From Nitrosopumilus sp. (GTDB taxonomy: Archaea; Thermoproteota; Nitrososphaeria; Nitrososphaerales; Nitrosopumilaceae), in contig OY759726.1 of NCBI GenBank assembly GCA_963662625.1, forward strand, positions 1,794,699 through 1,858,698: DNA of 64,000 nucleotides, read 5' to 3'. Position numbers and translations under genes: made by a program. This document shows positions 17,820 through 28,577 of the stretch, one piece after another. The notes under the pieces were generated by a model, which was not told where the DNA came from, ran no database searches, and saw nothing but the letters and a program-made list of their open reading frames with translations. The stretch's first letter is position 1. Every line of letters begins with the position of its first letter.

Positions 17820-18871
17820 CTCCCGGCCCTCACCCGCGGGTCAAAGTACCCGTAAAGCAGGTCCGCCACGAATATGCTCGCCAGGAAGAACACGGTCAGG
17901 ACGTAGGTCGCGCCGATGATCACCGGCAGGTCCATCACGGTGATCGCCTCGAAGTACAGCCTGCCCATTCCCGGCCAGTCGAACACGGCCTCCGTGATTA
18001 TGGCGCCCCCCAGCGAGCCCGACAGGCTCAGCGCGAGGATCGTCACGATGGGCGGCGCGGCGTTCTTCAGCGCGTGCCTGTAGATTATCCTCCTCCGGCC
18101 CACGCCTATCGCCCTCTTGGCAAATATGAAGTCCTCCTGCATGATGCCCACCATGAAGTTCCTCACCAGGTACGCCCACGCCCCGAACCCGATCAGCACT
18201 ATCGTGATCAGCGGCAGCGCCATGTGGTAGAGCAGCACGACGGCGTACGACGGATCCGACGGCGGGACCGTGGGGGTCGCCCTGGCAGGGAACACCTGGT
18301 AGGCAAACGCGAAGACGAATATCATGATCATGCCGATCCACCACACCGGGAAGCTGGAGCTGATCACCGCGAAGCTCGACGTGATCCTGTCCAGCACGGA
18401 ACCCACCTTGCTGCCCGAAAGCGCGCCCAGGAATATCCCGATCACGGAGATTATGACCGTGGCCGTGGTGAACAGCAGGACCGTCCTCGGGAGTTTTTCC
18501 ATGATTATCTCCCGGATGTCCGACGATCCCAGATCGCTCGTGAGGAACGTGGCGTGGCCAAAGTCCAGCGTCAGGATCTTGAACATTGTCAGCCCCAGCC
18601 TCTGCGGCGAGTGCCACGGCTCGTCCAGCCCCATCACCGCGATCCTGTGCTCGATCTGCTCCCGGACGTACCCCTCGAACTCATCCACCGACGAGAAGCC
18701 CTCGGCGATGGCGGGGTTGTCCGTGATCTCGGCCCTCACCTGGAACGCCACGCCCTGCTTGAGGATCGCGTCCATGTTGGAGCCGACTAGCGATATGGTG
18801 AGCAGCAGCGTGATGATCAAGACGCCGAACATCGTGGCCAGGCGCGTCGCGACGTACCTTCCCAGACCCAT
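17816..18871 (-). CDS. Peptide/nickel ABC transporter permease (DppB/OppB-like)
   Basis: HALKNA and GAIITEAVFDWPGMG motifs. Confidence 0.93.
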   Translation of the reverse strand: MGLGRYVATRLATMFGVLIITLLLTISLVGSNMDAILKQGVAFQVRAEITDNPAIAEGFSSVDEFEGYVREQIEHRIAVMGLDEPWHSPQRLGLTMFKILTLDFGHATFLTSDLGSSDIREIIMEKLPRTVLLFTTATVIISVIGIFLGALSGSKVGSVLDRITSSFAVISSSFPVWWIGMIMIFVFAFAYQVFPARATPTVPPSDPSYAVVLLYHMALPLITIVLIGFGAWAYLVRNFMVGIMQEDFIFAKRAIGVGRRRIIYRHALKNAAPPIVTILALSLSGSLGGAIITEAVFDWPGMGRLYFEAITVMDLPVIIGATYVLTVFFLASIFVADLLYGYFDPRVRAGS

Positions 18872-18967
18872 CAGGGTTTCTCACGCGCGCCGCGTTATAA
18901 TAGGTGCGGCGCGCCCGCGCCAGGCCCGCCGGAAAGTCCTAAATTACGGCTGGCCGCAGGATCCGCG

Positions 18968-19267
18968 TTGCCCCGCAGCACGTTTGATCCGGACCGACTG
19001 GAGCTGACAAAGCCCGAGATCGTCGGGTTTTGCGACAGGGTGCTGGCCAGGTGGGGCAAGGAGCCGGCAAAGAACGCGCACGGCATCATGGCGATGAACG
19101 CGGTCAGGGCCGGGGTCATGTGGACCGACGACGAGTCCCTCAAGGCCATCTGGGGCGAGATAGTCAAGTGGTCCTTTGAGATAATGTACGAAAACGCGCT
19201 GGCGCAGGCGAAGGACGGCGACGTCGACTGGGCGGGCGTCATGAGGGGGCTGAAGAGCAAAAAATGA
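18968..19267 (+). CDS. Conserved hypothetical protein
   Basis: Host-like codon usage; TAAATTA box upstream. Confidence 0.7.
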   Translation: MPRSTFDPDRLELTKPEIVGFCDRVLARWGKEPAKNAHGIMAMNAVRAGVMWTDDESLKAIWGEIVKWSFEIMYENALAQAKDGDVDWAGVMRGLKSKK

Positions 19268-19551
19268 CCCCCGCGCGTGGCGGGCCATGAGCGCGGGCGC
19301 GCTGCGGAAGGCGAGGGGGCACTCAGGGCCGGGCGGCGTGTCTGAGGCCGGCGACGGCCCCTGCCATGCAGGGTCTCCTCCCGATCCCGCCAAGCCGCAT
19401 TTCGCGACCCCCGACTCCCGCCGGTGCCCAGGGTTCAGGAACTCCTGGCCCCGCCACGGGAAGGGCGCGGGGGCATGCTGCCCCCGCACGGGGGCGGCTA
19501 GGATCTTCACGCGGCGGGACGGGTGACGCCCGGGACGCGGGCCCCCCCCCC

Positions 19552-19878
19552 CTACGGGCAGCCCGCGGCGGCCTTGCCGACGCGCACGGAGCCGTTCTCG
19601 ACTACTATCGGCCGCGCGATCAGGCCCGGGTTTCTTGCCATCAGCCTTATGAGCTGGGAGTCCGTGTACTCCCTGTTCCCCATGTCAAGCTCCCTGTACA
19701 TCCTGTCGCGCTTGCGCAGCAGCTCCCTGGGCCTCATGCCCGACATGCCGATGATCCTCCCCAGCTCCGCCTCCGAGAGCGGGTCCTTGAAAAGATCCCT
19801 CCCGTTCACGTCGGCCCCGTCCAGCCCAGCCAGCACCCTCTTGCACGTGACGCACGAGCCCTTGTAGTAGACGTCCAC
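19552..19878 (-). CDS. ArsC/Spx family thioredoxin-fold protein
   Basis: YYKGSCVTCKR and PGLIARPIV motifs. Confidence 0.88.
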   Translation of the reverse strand: MDVYYKGSCVTCKRVLAGLDGADVNGRDLFKDPLSEAELGRIIGMSGMRPRELLRKRDRMYRELDMGNREYTDSQLIRLMARNPGLIARPIVVENGSVRVGKAAAGCP

Positions 19879-20056
19879 GGAGGACGGTGGGCCTTGCCGA
19901 TTAAAACTGTTTTTGCCCGGGGCAGCTAGCCCATCCCCGCGCCCCGCGGCGTCCCTGCGCGGGAAGCGCGCCCGCCTTCCACGGCCGCCCCGGCAGGCCT
20001 GCGGCTCCCGGGTTTTGCAAAAACTCAAATCCACCCTGCGCGTTGACCATGCTGGT

Positions 20057-20191
20057 ATGATTTGCGCCGCATGCGAGATCCGCAAGCACTACGAGTGCAT
20101 CGACTGCGTAAACAACCACAAGACCCACCTATGCAGCTGCGACTGCCACGACGAGGACACGAAGCCCCACCCGATGGGCAGGCCCCACTAG
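20057..20191 (+). CDS. 44-aa Cys/His-rich metal-binding microprotein
   Basis: MICAACEIRKHYECIDCVNNHKTHLCSCDCHDEDTKPHPMGRPH. Confidence 0.7.
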   Translation: MICAACEIRKHYECIDCVNNHKTHLCSCDCHDEDTKPHPMGRPH

Positions 20192-20208
20192 GGCGGCGGG
20201 CGCCGCGG

Positions 20209-20910
20209 CTAGCCCTCGAAGCTCCGCTCGATCTCCTGGGCCATCGCCTCCAGCCTGTTCGTGCTGCCCATCTTCCTGTAGGTCAGCTTCTCCAGCGTCT
20301 TGATGATGCTGATGGCCGCCCGGTACTGCGGGACCTCGGGGTCGTTGAGCTCCCCGTACATCCCGATGCCGTAGATGCCGTTCTGCTTGGCAAACCCCAG
20401 GATCAGGCCGTTGAACCCGGTTATTATCGACCTCTGCGGCGTGGTCTCCACGCCCAGCTCGCGCATCTGCCTCGTCAGCTGCGGCGACGTGGTGGTGACG
20501 TACGCCTTCGGCATCTTCTGCAGCTCCCTGCTCGTGTGGAATCCCCCCGCCGTGTAGATGAACTTGGCGGAGTGCCTTTTCGCGACCTCGATCACGTCCT
20601 GGCAGACCGTGCCGATGTCCTCGCTTCCCTGGGGCTGCCCGTTGCCGCCCCCGAAGACTATCAGGCCGTCGGCGTACCGGTACTCCCACACCTCGTCGGG
20701 CACGTCGACGTACCCCCCCTTGTCGATCACGTACGACGGCTGCTCCGCCCTCACGGACCGGAACTTTTTCGTGCGCAGGCTGCTGTTGATGAAGTTTATC
20801 ACGATGCTCCCGACGTTTCCCATGTCCTGCATCGCGGCGATCATGATCGGCTTGCTGATGCTCGGCTCGCCGGCCTGCAGAAACTCCATACTGTTGCTTG
20901 TGGTACCCAC
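20209..20910 (-). CDS. PAC2 family (proteasome assembly chaperone-like) protein
   Basis: DMGNVG, ITGFNGLILG and PQYRAA pattern. Confidence 0.85.
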   Translation of the reverse strand: MGTTSNSMEFLQAGEPSISKPIMIAAMQDMGNVGSIVINFINSSLRTKKFRSVRAEQPSYVIDKGGYVDVPDEVWEYRYADGLIVFGGGNGQPQGSEDIGTVCQDVIEVAKRHSAKFIYTAGGFHTSRELQKMPKAYVTTTSPQLTRQMRELGVETTPQRSIITGFNGLILGFAKQNGIYGIGMYGELNDPEVPQYRAAISIIKTLEKLTYRKMGSTNRLEAMAQEIERSFEG

Positions 20911-21062
20911 TTAAAACATGTAGCCGCGCCGCCTCGATCTGCCCCCGGGCCGCCGGCCCGGGGGCAGCCATATTTTAACCAATGCCGCCCGCCGGCGCCG
21001 GCGTCCTCGATCGGGGAAAACGTGAAGATTCATAAGGCAAAAAAACCCCCTACCGACAATTT

Positions 21063-22787
21063 ATGGCAACCACCGTGGGGAACTTTGGGACTCTCGAGTA
21101 CGCCCTGGACAGGTACTCGAAGATCTGGTGCTGGAAGGTGACGGGCTCCCGCGCGGTCAGCATGGTGTCGAGGCTGATCCCCGAGGCGTGGTACGGCGAG
21201 GCGGTCGACGAGGTCATAATCCCCGACAGCCCGGACAACGTGAAGCAGCTGAAGCTCATCATGGACAGGTACCCGCTGGGGATCCTGTCCAAGTCGGCCT
21301 GGCACAGGAAGATCAGCAAGGCGGCCTCCCCAAAGCCGGCCCCGCCCCCCGTCGAGCACAAGCTGAGCCGCGCAAAGCCCGGGCCGCAGTTCCGCGGAAG
21401 GCTGATGAACTTCCAGAAGGAGGGCCTGGACTTCCTGATAAAGTCGTCCGGAAACGCCCTGCTTGCCGACGAGATGGGCCTGGGAAAGACGGTGCAGACC
21501 CTGGCGTACGTGTCCACGGAGAAGCAGGCGTTCCCGGTGCTGGTGGTGGCCCCGCTGGTCACCCTGAGCAACTGGGAGAGGGAGATCGCGAAGTTCGTGA
21601 AGAAAAAGTCCCGCAACGGCAGGATCATAGGGTCCGAGTCCCCCTCCTCGACCGTCATCCGGACGGGGAAGAGGCAGGAGCTGCCCCGCGCCGACTTTTA
21701 CGTAATAAACTACGAGCTGCTCCACAAGCGGCTCGGGGACCTGGCAGGGATCGGCTTCAGGACGATGGTCTGCGACGAGGTGCACAACCTACGCTCCAAG
21801 ACGACCCAGAAGTACAGGGCGGTGAAGAGGCTGGCCGCGCTGCCCACCACCTCGTTCCGGATCGGCCTGTCCGGCACCCCGATCTACAACCACGGGTCGG
21901 AGATCTGGCCCATAGTGGACATACTGAGGCCGGGACTGCTCGGGAGCTTCAAGGAGTTCTGCGAGTACTTTTGCTACATCAACGACAGGGGAAAGGCCAT
22001 CGTCCTGAGGAGCAAGCGCGCGTCGCTCCGGAACGAGTTGCAAAAGCACGTGATGCTGCGGAGGAAAAAGTCCGACGTGCTCAAGGAGCTGAAGGACAAG
22101 GTCCGCTACAAGGAGGTGATCGAGTCCGACACCGAGTACTACATCGAGGAGCTGAACAAGATATGGGCCCTCCTGGAGGAGGAGCAGAGGGCCGCCACGT
22201 CGAACGTGGACAAGTTCGCGTCGTACAGGCGCGCCATCAGGAGCGAGAGGCAGGTGGCGGGGGTGGCGAAGCTCCCGCACGTGATAAACTTCGTCAAGAA
22301 CATCATGGAGATAGAGGAGAGCGTCGTGGTGTTCTGCCACCACAAGCTGATCCACAGGCTGCTGCACGAGAGCCTGGCCGAGTTCTCGCCGGCGTCCATA
22401 ATCGGGGGGCAGTCCGACGGCGAGCGCCAGGGGCAGATAGACAGCTTCCAGAGGGGCGAGTCCAGGCTGATGATCGCCGGCATCCGAGCGGGGAACGTGG
22501 GGATCAACCTCACCCGCGCAAAGTACGTCGTCTTTGCGGAGCTGGACTGGAGCCCGGCCATACACAGGCAGGCCGAGGACCGCCTGCACAGGATCGGGCA
22601 GAAGAGCACGGTGTTCGCGTACTACCTGATCGGGCACGGGACGCTGGACGACCACGTGGCGGGCGTCCTGGTCGACAAGGGCTACGAGATAGACGCCATA
22701 ATGGACGAGTCGGCCGACGCGTACGACAACGCCGGCAAGGCGGAGATGATCCTGGCCCAGATCCACGACAGGATCAGCTCGGGCTAG
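21063..22787 (+). CDS. SNF2-family helicase/ATPase
   Basis: LLADEMGLGKT, DEVH, LSGTP and QAEDRLHRIGQ motifs. Confidence 0.95.
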   Translation: MATTVGNFGTLEYALDRYSKIWCWKVTGSRAVSMVSRLIPEAWYGEAVDEVIIPDSPDNVKQLKLIMDRYPLGILSKSAWHRKISKAASPKPAPPPVEHKLSRAKPGPQFRGRLMNFQKEGLDFLIKSSGNALLADEMGLGKTVQTLAYVSTEKQAFPVLVVAPLVTLSNWEREIAKFVKKKSRNGRIIGSESPSSTVIRTGKRQELPRADFYVINYELLHKRLGDLAGIGFRTMVCDEVHNLRSKTTQKYRAVKRLAALPTTSFRIGLSGTPIYNHGSEIWPIVDILRPGLLGSFKEFCEYFCYINDRGKAIVLRSKRASLRNELQKHVMLRRKKSDVLKELKDKVRYKEVIESDTEYYIEELNKIWALLEEEQRAATSNVDKFASYRRAIRSERQVAGVAKLPHVINFVKNIMEIEESVVVFCHHKLIHRLLHESLAEFSPASIIGGQSDGERQGQIDSFQRGESRLMIAGIRAGNVGINLTRAKYVVFAELDWSPAIHRQAEDRLHRIGQKSTVFAYYLIGHGTLDDHVAGVLVDKGYEIDAIMDESADAYDNAGKAEMILAQIHDRISSG

Positions 22788-23386
22788 CCGCCCAGCCTCT
22801 CCCTGAGCAGCCCCAGCTTCCTGAGGGCCAGCCCCGCGTCCGGCTCGCTCCCGCCGAGTTCCGACGCGATCTCGTCGATCAGGTCCAGCGCCTCCCGCCG
22901 GCCCCCGTCCCCGGGATCCGCGCCTGGGGGGCGCCCCTCCAGGATCCTCCCGATCGCCCCGGCGCCCTCCGGGAGGATCTCGTACACCTTGGCCAGCGCC
23001 TCCCCCCGGCGCGCCGGGGACGCCATGACCAGCCGGTCCCGCCTCAGCCGCTCCAGCACCCCGGCGGCGCCCCCGTGCGGCATCCCCAGCGTCCCCGAGG
23101 CTTCCTCGGCCGTGCACGGCCTTATCTCCAGCAGCCGCAGCACCCTGGCCTCCGCCGGCACCGCGTCGTCCCACAGGAGGCGCCTTGCCGCGTCCGTGAC
23201 GCGGAACGAGCCGTCCCCGTTGACGCCGATCAGCCCCCTGTCCTTGAGCGACGCCAGCGAGTCCAGCGTCCTGCCGACCCCCAGCCGCTTCAGGCCGGAC
23301 CCGGCGATGTCGCGCTCGTCGAACGTCCCGCCGCCCTCGATCCCCAGGCGGAGCATCTCCAGGTCGACCGTCCCGAGGCTTGCCAT
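22784..23386 (-). CDS. Tandem winged-helix hypothetical protein
   Basis: Two wHTH-like segments; overlaps the SNF2 stop convergently. Confidence 0.65.
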   Translation of the reverse strand: MASLGTVDLEMLRLGIEGGGTFDERDIAGSGLKRLGVGRTLDSLASLKDRGLIGVNGDGSFRVTDAARRLLWDDAVPAEARVLRLLEIRPCTAEEASGTLGMPHGGAAGVLERLRRDRLVMASPARRGEALAKVYEILPEGAGAIGRILEGRPPGADPGDGGRREALDLIDEIASELGGSEPDAGLALRKLGLLRERLGG

Positions 23387-23499
23387 GGCCCCCCTCCGGC
23401 CGCCGCACTTATCTTCCTTTGCCGCGGCGCGGGTCCCGCCCGGCCACGCCCCCCGGGGCGCCCCCGAGAGATATATTGCCGTCCGGGCACCGTACCGGC

Positions 23500-24122
23500 A
23501 TGGCGCGGTACGAGCTGCCGAGGCTGCCCTACGGCTACGACGAGCTGGAGCCGCACGTCGACGGGCAGACCATGAGGATCCACCACCTGGGGCACCACCG
23601 GCACTACACGACGGGCTGAACGACGCCCTGGATCGGATCTCGGCGTCCTCTCACCCACGATACATCGCGTCGGTGCTGGCAGACATCGGATCCGTGCCGG
23701 CCGGCGAGAGGGGGCGGGTCGCCTTCTTCGGGGGCGGCTACGAGAACCACAGGGTGTTCTGGGAGTCCATGACCCCCGGGGGCGGCGGCGGCCCGGGGGG
23801 CAGGCTGGCCGACGCGATCGACGTCTACTTTGGCGGCTTCGGGAGGTTCCGGGAGCTGTTTTCGGCGAGGGCCGGGGCCGTCCGCGGCAGCGGCTGGTGC
23901 TGGCTCGTCCTCGACCCGTCGTACGGCAGGATCGAGGTGATGGCCACCGCGGACAACGGCAGCCCGTGGGCCGCGGGAAGGGTCCCGCTGCTGGGGCTGG
24001 ACGTGTGGGAGCACGCGTACTACCTGCGGCACCAGCACAGGAGGCACGACTACGTGGAGTCGTGGTGGAACACGGTCAACTGGGAGGGCGCCGAGGGCCG
24101 GTTCTCCGGGTACGCGGCGTAG
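23500..24122 (+). pseudogene. sod: Fe/Mn superoxide dismutase with a 1-nt frameshift at ~23610
   Basis: [19 protein letters not shown]...HH..HH in one frame (stop 23617-23619); NH..FW, GSGW and DVWEHAYY in another frame. Confidence 0.9.
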
Positions 24123-24196
24123 GCGGGCGGCCGCGGGCCCTGGCGCGCGCAGGTCCCAAGAACATGTTTAAAAACGCTAAATTGGATCGGAACGTG

Positions 24197-25519
24197 ATGC
24201 AGGAATTCTCGAGCCCGCATGCGCTGATAAACGAGATAAAGGACCAGCTGGCCCAGAGGGGGCTGGGAGGCAGGTGTTTTTTTGAGATGCTCGACTATAC
24301 CGTGGAGCTGTTCACGACGCAGGGGCTCGGGGAGGACTATTACGGGTACCACAACATCAACCACGAGCTGGAGGTCACGTACGTCTCGCTGCTGGCCACG
24401 AACGCCGAGGACGGGTTCACGGAGGAGGACGCCAAGTACATGTACGCCGCGGCGCTGTTCCACGACTTTGATCCCCAGAAGAGCGTCGACAAGCCGCACG
24501 AGGCGGAGGTCGTGAAGTTCATCTCCGGCGACAGGAAGATAAAGGAGGTGCTGGCCGACGCGGGGATCGACCTGGACATCCTCAAGGTGCTGATCCTGAG
24601 GACGGCATACCCCTGGCGGGGGAAGATAAGGAAGGACATGGGGGCCAAGATCGCCGAGTACCTCGAGGGGTCGGAGCGCGCCAGGGGGGACGCCGCGTTC
24701 CGGGAGCACGTGATGGGCCTCGGGCGGTACCTCTCGGTGATAGACAGGATGGCGGGGTACGTGCTGGGGGACTTTGCGAAGGCCATGGAGATGGCAAAGA
24801 TGAACGCCCACTCCCTGGGCTGGAAGCCGGAGTGGATAACCAAGAGGTCCGTGGCGTACTTTGAGGAGCTGTTCAGCGAGGAGGCGGGGGCGGTGAAGAG
24901 GATCCTGAAGATCCTGCCGCGGCACATGAGGAAGAACTTTTACGACACGATCCTGTCGTTCATGAGGCTCAGGCAGCAGGAGATCACCGTCCAGGCCGGG
25001 GTCGCCTACGAGAACCTGAAGCTGGTGCCCACGATCGAGACGATGGGCACGAGGCGGGGCGAGGGGTTCATCAAGTCGCTCCATTCCATATTCCTGGAGC
25101 TGCCAAAGCCGCTCCAGTTCATGGGATCGGACTTTGGCGACTCGGTGAGGAACCCAGACACCATACTTACCACGCTGCGCCTGAACTCCCGGGACGGCGA
25201 GGTCATCGGGTTTGCCAAGGGCGGGCCGCTGGAGGGGTACCACGTGAGGCCGGAGATCAAGGACGACAACTACGGGCTCGGCAACACCGTGTTCCTGGAG
25301 CCGATCGCGCTGAAGAGGGGGTACTGGGGGTTCAACGGCGGCAGCGAGATACGGCACATGTTCGTCATGCAGGCGCACGCCAAGAAGTTCAAGAACCTGA
25401 CCAGCTTTGCCCTGCGCGACGTGATCGAGGCGAGGGCCGGGAGGGAGGACATAGAGTTCGTCGCGAAGTTCGACCCAGAGAAGTGGGACTACTACAGGGT
25501 AAGGCTGGAATCTCCCTGA
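24197..25519 (+). CDS. HD-domain protein with GNAT-like C-terminal region
   Basis: YHNINH...FHD HD motif; C-terminal VIGFAKG...YWG pattern suggests an acetyltransferase-like fold (inference). Confidence 0.8.
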   Translation: MQEFSSPHALINEIKDQLAQRGLGGRCFFEMLDYTVELFTTQGLGEDYYGYHNINHELEVTYVSLLATNAEDGFTEEDAKYMYAAALFHDFDPQKSVDKPHEAEVVKFISGDRKIKEVLADAGIDLDILKVLILRTAYPWRGKIRKDMGAKIAEYLEGSERARGDAAFREHVMGLGRYLSVIDRMAGYVLGDFAKAMEMAKMNAHSLGWKPEWITKRSVAYFEELFSEEAGAVKRILKILPRHMRKNFYDTILSFMRLRQQEITVQAGVAYENLKLVPTIETMGTRRGEGFIKSLHSIFLELPKPLQFMGSDFGDSVRNPDTILTTLRLNSRDGEVIGFAKGGPLEGYHVRPEIKDDNYGLGNTVFLEPIALKRGYWGFNGGSEIRHMFVMQAHAKKFKNLTSFALRDVIEARAGREDIEFVAKFDPEKWDYYRVRLESP

Positions 25520-26991
25520 TGAACGCGGCGGAGACGCGGAGGGCCCTGGGGGAGCTGGTATCGGGGGAGGTGCTGTGGGACAGGGACGTCCTGAGGTTTT
25601 ACTCGGTGGACGCAAGCGCGTACCAGGTGGTCCCGGGGGTGGTGGTGGTCCCCAGGGACGCCGCGGACGTGGCCGGCGTGGTGGGGTTCGCGGCGAGGTT
25701 CGGCAAGCCGGTCACGGCGAGGGGGGCCGGGACGGGCCTCGTGGGGAACTCGCTGAACTCAGGCATAATCCTGGACACGAAGAGGCTCGACTCGGTGAGG
25801 GTGGGCAGGGGGTTCGCCGTCGTGGGCCCCGGGGTGAGCAAGGGGAGGCTCGACGAGGAGCTCGGGAGGCACGGGGCGTTCTTCCCGCCGAACCCCTCGA
25901 TAGGCAGGTACTGCTCTGTGGGCGGCATGCTCGGCAACAACTCCAGCGGGAGCAGGAGCCTGAAGTACGGGAGCACCGTGGACAACGTCCTTGAGGTCAC
26001 GTTCGTGGACGGGATGGGGAGGGTGGTGACGCTGCCCGGGGACAGGCGCGTGGGCGGGAGGATCCTGGAGCTGGCCGGGGGCCTCGACAGGTCCAGGATC
26101 CCCAGCGTCACGAAGAACTCCTCGGGGTACAGGATCGACAGGGTGGGCTCGATCACGGAGACGCACAGGGCGCTGGTGGGCTCGGAGGGCACGCTCGGGG
26201 TGGTGGTGTCGGCGAAGATAAGGACCCTGCCCGTCCCGGAGAGGAGGGCCCTGTACGTGATCGAGTACGGCACGCCGAGGGAGGCGGCGGAGGACTGCCC
26301 CGGCATACTGGGCACCGGGCCCTCGGCGGTGGAGTTTGTCGGCTCGTGGGCCCTGGAGGGCTTCGAGCGGGGCCTCAGCAGGGGGGCCGGGTGCCTGCTG
26401 TTCGTGGAGTACGACTCCGATCTCGCCGGCGCGGGCGCGCGGATCAGGCGCGCCTCCGCGGGGAGCATCAGGGAGACGGCCAGGTCGGGTAGCGCGATCA
26501 GGCGGTGGTGGAGGATCAGGGACATGTCGCTCCACTACAGCCTCAAGTCGCTCAAGCTCGAGGAGAGGGTCCCGCACGTCATCGAGGACGCCGCCGTCCC
26601 AGTCGAGAACCTGGCCGGCCTGTTCGACGCCATCGACGACCTCAACGGGAGGTTCGGCACCGACGCCGTCACCTACGGGCATGCCGGCGACGGGAACATC
26701 CACGTGAGGCTGCTGGCCGGCAGGCAGGGGCCGGAGGACATCAGGGAGATGGCCAGGTACTACTTTGGGCGCGTCGCGGAGCTGGGCGGCAGCCACTCGG
26801 GCGAGCACGGGGACGGGCTCGCCAGGACGGAGTTCGTCAGGGGCCAGTACGGGCCGGAGAACTACGAGGTCTTCAGGCGGCTCAAGGGCCTGCTGGATCC
26901 CCGCAACATACTGAACCCGGGCAAGATAATATCCCGGGGGAGCACCGTCACCAGGAACCTAGGGTGGCGTGGCCGCGGGGACGCCGCGTAA
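25519..26991 (+). CDS. FAD-binding oxidoreductase (GlcD/D-lactate dehydrogenase family)
   Basis: ARGAGTGL, GSEGTLG, GHAGDGNIH, SGEHGDG and DP.NILNPGK motifs. Confidence 0.93.
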   Translation: MNAAETRRALGELVSGEVLWDRDVLRFYSVDASAYQVVPGVVVVPRDAADVAGVVGFAARFGKPVTARGAGTGLVGNSLNSGIILDTKRLDSVRVGRGFAVVGPGVSKGRLDEELGRHGAFFPPNPSIGRYCSVGGMLGNNSSGSRSLKYGSTVDNVLEVTFVDGMGRVVTLPGDRRVGGRILELAGGLDRSRIPSVTKNSSGYRIDRVGSITETHRALVGSEGTLGVVVSAKIRTLPVPERRALYVIEYGTPREAAEDCPGILGTGPSAVEFVGSWALEGFERGLSRGAGCLLFVEYDSDLAGAGARIRRASAGSIRETARSGSAIRRWWRIRDMSLHYSLKSLKLEERVPHVIEDAAVPVENLAGLFDAIDDLNGRFGTDAVTYGHAGDGNIHVRLLAGRQGPEDIREMARYYFGRVAELGGSHSGEHGDGLARTEFVRGQYGPENYEVFRRLKGLLDPRNILNPGKIISRGSTVTRNLGWRGRGDAA

Positions 26992-27068
26992 AACCTGATC
27001 TGCCGTTGTCTTCATGGTGAAAAAAGTTTAACAAGTCCTCGCTAATAGGGCTTTGGCCATACCAGGGC

Positions 27069-27212
27069 ATGGCAATAGGATATTGCGTCAAGTGCCGCGA
27101 CAAGAGGGACATCAGCGGCGCGAGACCGTACACCATGAAGAACGGCAAGCCGGCAATCAAGGGCACGTGCCCGACATGCAGCACCGCCATCTTCAGGATC
27201 GGCACGGGGTAG
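27069..27212 (+). CDS. DUF5679-like 47-aa zinc-binding protein
   Basis: Not in ORF track. MAIGYCVKCRDKRDISGARPYTMKNGKPAIKGTCPTCSTAIFRIGTG. Confidence 0.85.
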   Translation: MAIGYCVKCRDKRDISGARPYTMKNGKPAIKGTCPTCSTAIFRIGTG

Positions 27213-27215
27213 TCG

Positions 27216-27467
27216 CTAGTAGCGCCACTCGTCAGTAAGCCCGTTCCACAGCGCGCGCATAGGGGACGGGTCTTTTTCTATCTCCCCCATGATGCGGTTC
27301 CGCAGCACGAAGAAAAAGTTCTCAAGCGCGTCGACCCCCCCGTCGGCGTACAGCTCCCCGCCTATCTCCGCGATCCGCCGCTCCTTGCCGGCGACCTCCG
27401 GCGATCCCGGGTTCTGGAGGCAGAACGTCATCAGGTCCACCAGCTCCTCTTCCAGCATAAAGTCCAT
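27216..27467 (-). CDS. Conserved hypothetical protein
   Basis: 83-aa ORF with host-like codons; AT-rich box upstream. Confidence 0.75.
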   Translation of the reverse strand: MDFMLEEELVDLMTFCLQNPGSPEVAGKERRIAEIGGELYADGGVDALENFFFVLRNRIMGEIEKDPSPMRALWNGLTDEWRY

Positions 27468-27838
27468 GGCCTGCGTTGCCCGGCAGCCGAATAACTAGTT
27501 TTCCAAGATCGCCCCGCGCGCGTCCAGGCCCGCCCGGGCCCGGGCAGGTTCGCGCGGTTCATCCAAGGGCCTCGATCGGCGCGCCTTTGATCCTGCCCGC
27601 CCGGGCAACGCGCGCGGGGCCCGGCCCGCAACTTTTACCGGCGGGCCGCCCCGTCCCCTTGCCTACTGGGCGGGCGCCAGGCCGATCACCATGTGGCATG
27701 GGGGACGGCGCGCCGCACTAGGTGCCGTCCGGGGACGGGCCGCCCGGAGCGGACGCCGGCGGCCCCCTCGTCCGCGCCCCCGGCGGCGGCGCGCCCGTTC
27801 AGAAAGGTTCAATAGATTTGGGCGCGCTCCCCCACTTG

Positions 27839-28336
27839 ATGCCGCTTGACGCGGGCCTGCTGGCCCTCCTGGCCGGGCCGGGCGCGGAGGCCGACCTGGA
27901 ATTTACGCTGGTGTGGCGGGGAAGATCGTACCCGCTTGCCGGCGTGTCCGTGGCGCGTTCCCCCACCCCGGTCACGCGTCCCACCACCAGGGGCGGCGCG
28001 TACTTTTCGGGAAGGCACGCGCACAGGATCACCGGCACGGTCGGCGACCAGGGGATAGTCCCGTCGCTCTCGGGGGCCATGCTCGGGCCCAACGCGGAGT
28101 TCGGCGACATACTCATACGCGCCGCGCCGCCGGCCGGGGGGCGCGGGCCCGCGCTGGACCTGCACGCGAACCTGACCAGCAGCGTGCAGGGCCCCTCGGG
28201 GGTCGAGCTGCGCATGATCCTGGTGGGGATAGAGCAGGCCCGCGGCGGCGCGGCACGCGCCGCCGGGCCCCCGCACGAAGGCGATGCCGGGACGGCGGGC
28301 GAAAGCGGCCCGGGGACGGTCGGGCCGGGAGCCTGA
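27839..28336 (+). CDS. Conserved hypothetical protein
   Basis: ATG ~25 nt after TTCAATA; PVTRPTTRGGAYFS...MLGPNAEF core. Confidence 0.65.
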   Translation: MPLDAGLLALLAGPGAEADLEFTLVWRGRSYPLAGVSVARSPTPVTRPTTRGGAYFSGRHAHRITGTVGDQGIVPSLSGAMLGPNAEFGDILIRAAPPAGGRGPALDLHANLTSSVQGPSGVELRMILVGIEQARGGAARAAGPPHEGDAGTAGESGPGTVGPGA

Positions 28337-28577
28337 GGGCCGGACGGCCGCGGCGCGCCCCACGCGCGGTCCTTCTGCGCCACACGGCACGGCGTTAAAA
28401 GGCCGCCGGGTCCCTGGGCGCGAGTGGATCCGCGGCGGTTCTCGGGTGGGGGTTGCGCGCGAACCCCGGTTGCCGGGATTCGGCGGGCACGGTGCCGGGA
28501 CGGCCGTTTCCCCGGCCACTGCCGCGTCTAGCGCAGGCCCGGGCTCAGCCACGGGGTCGCGAAGTCTGATGGCGCGC

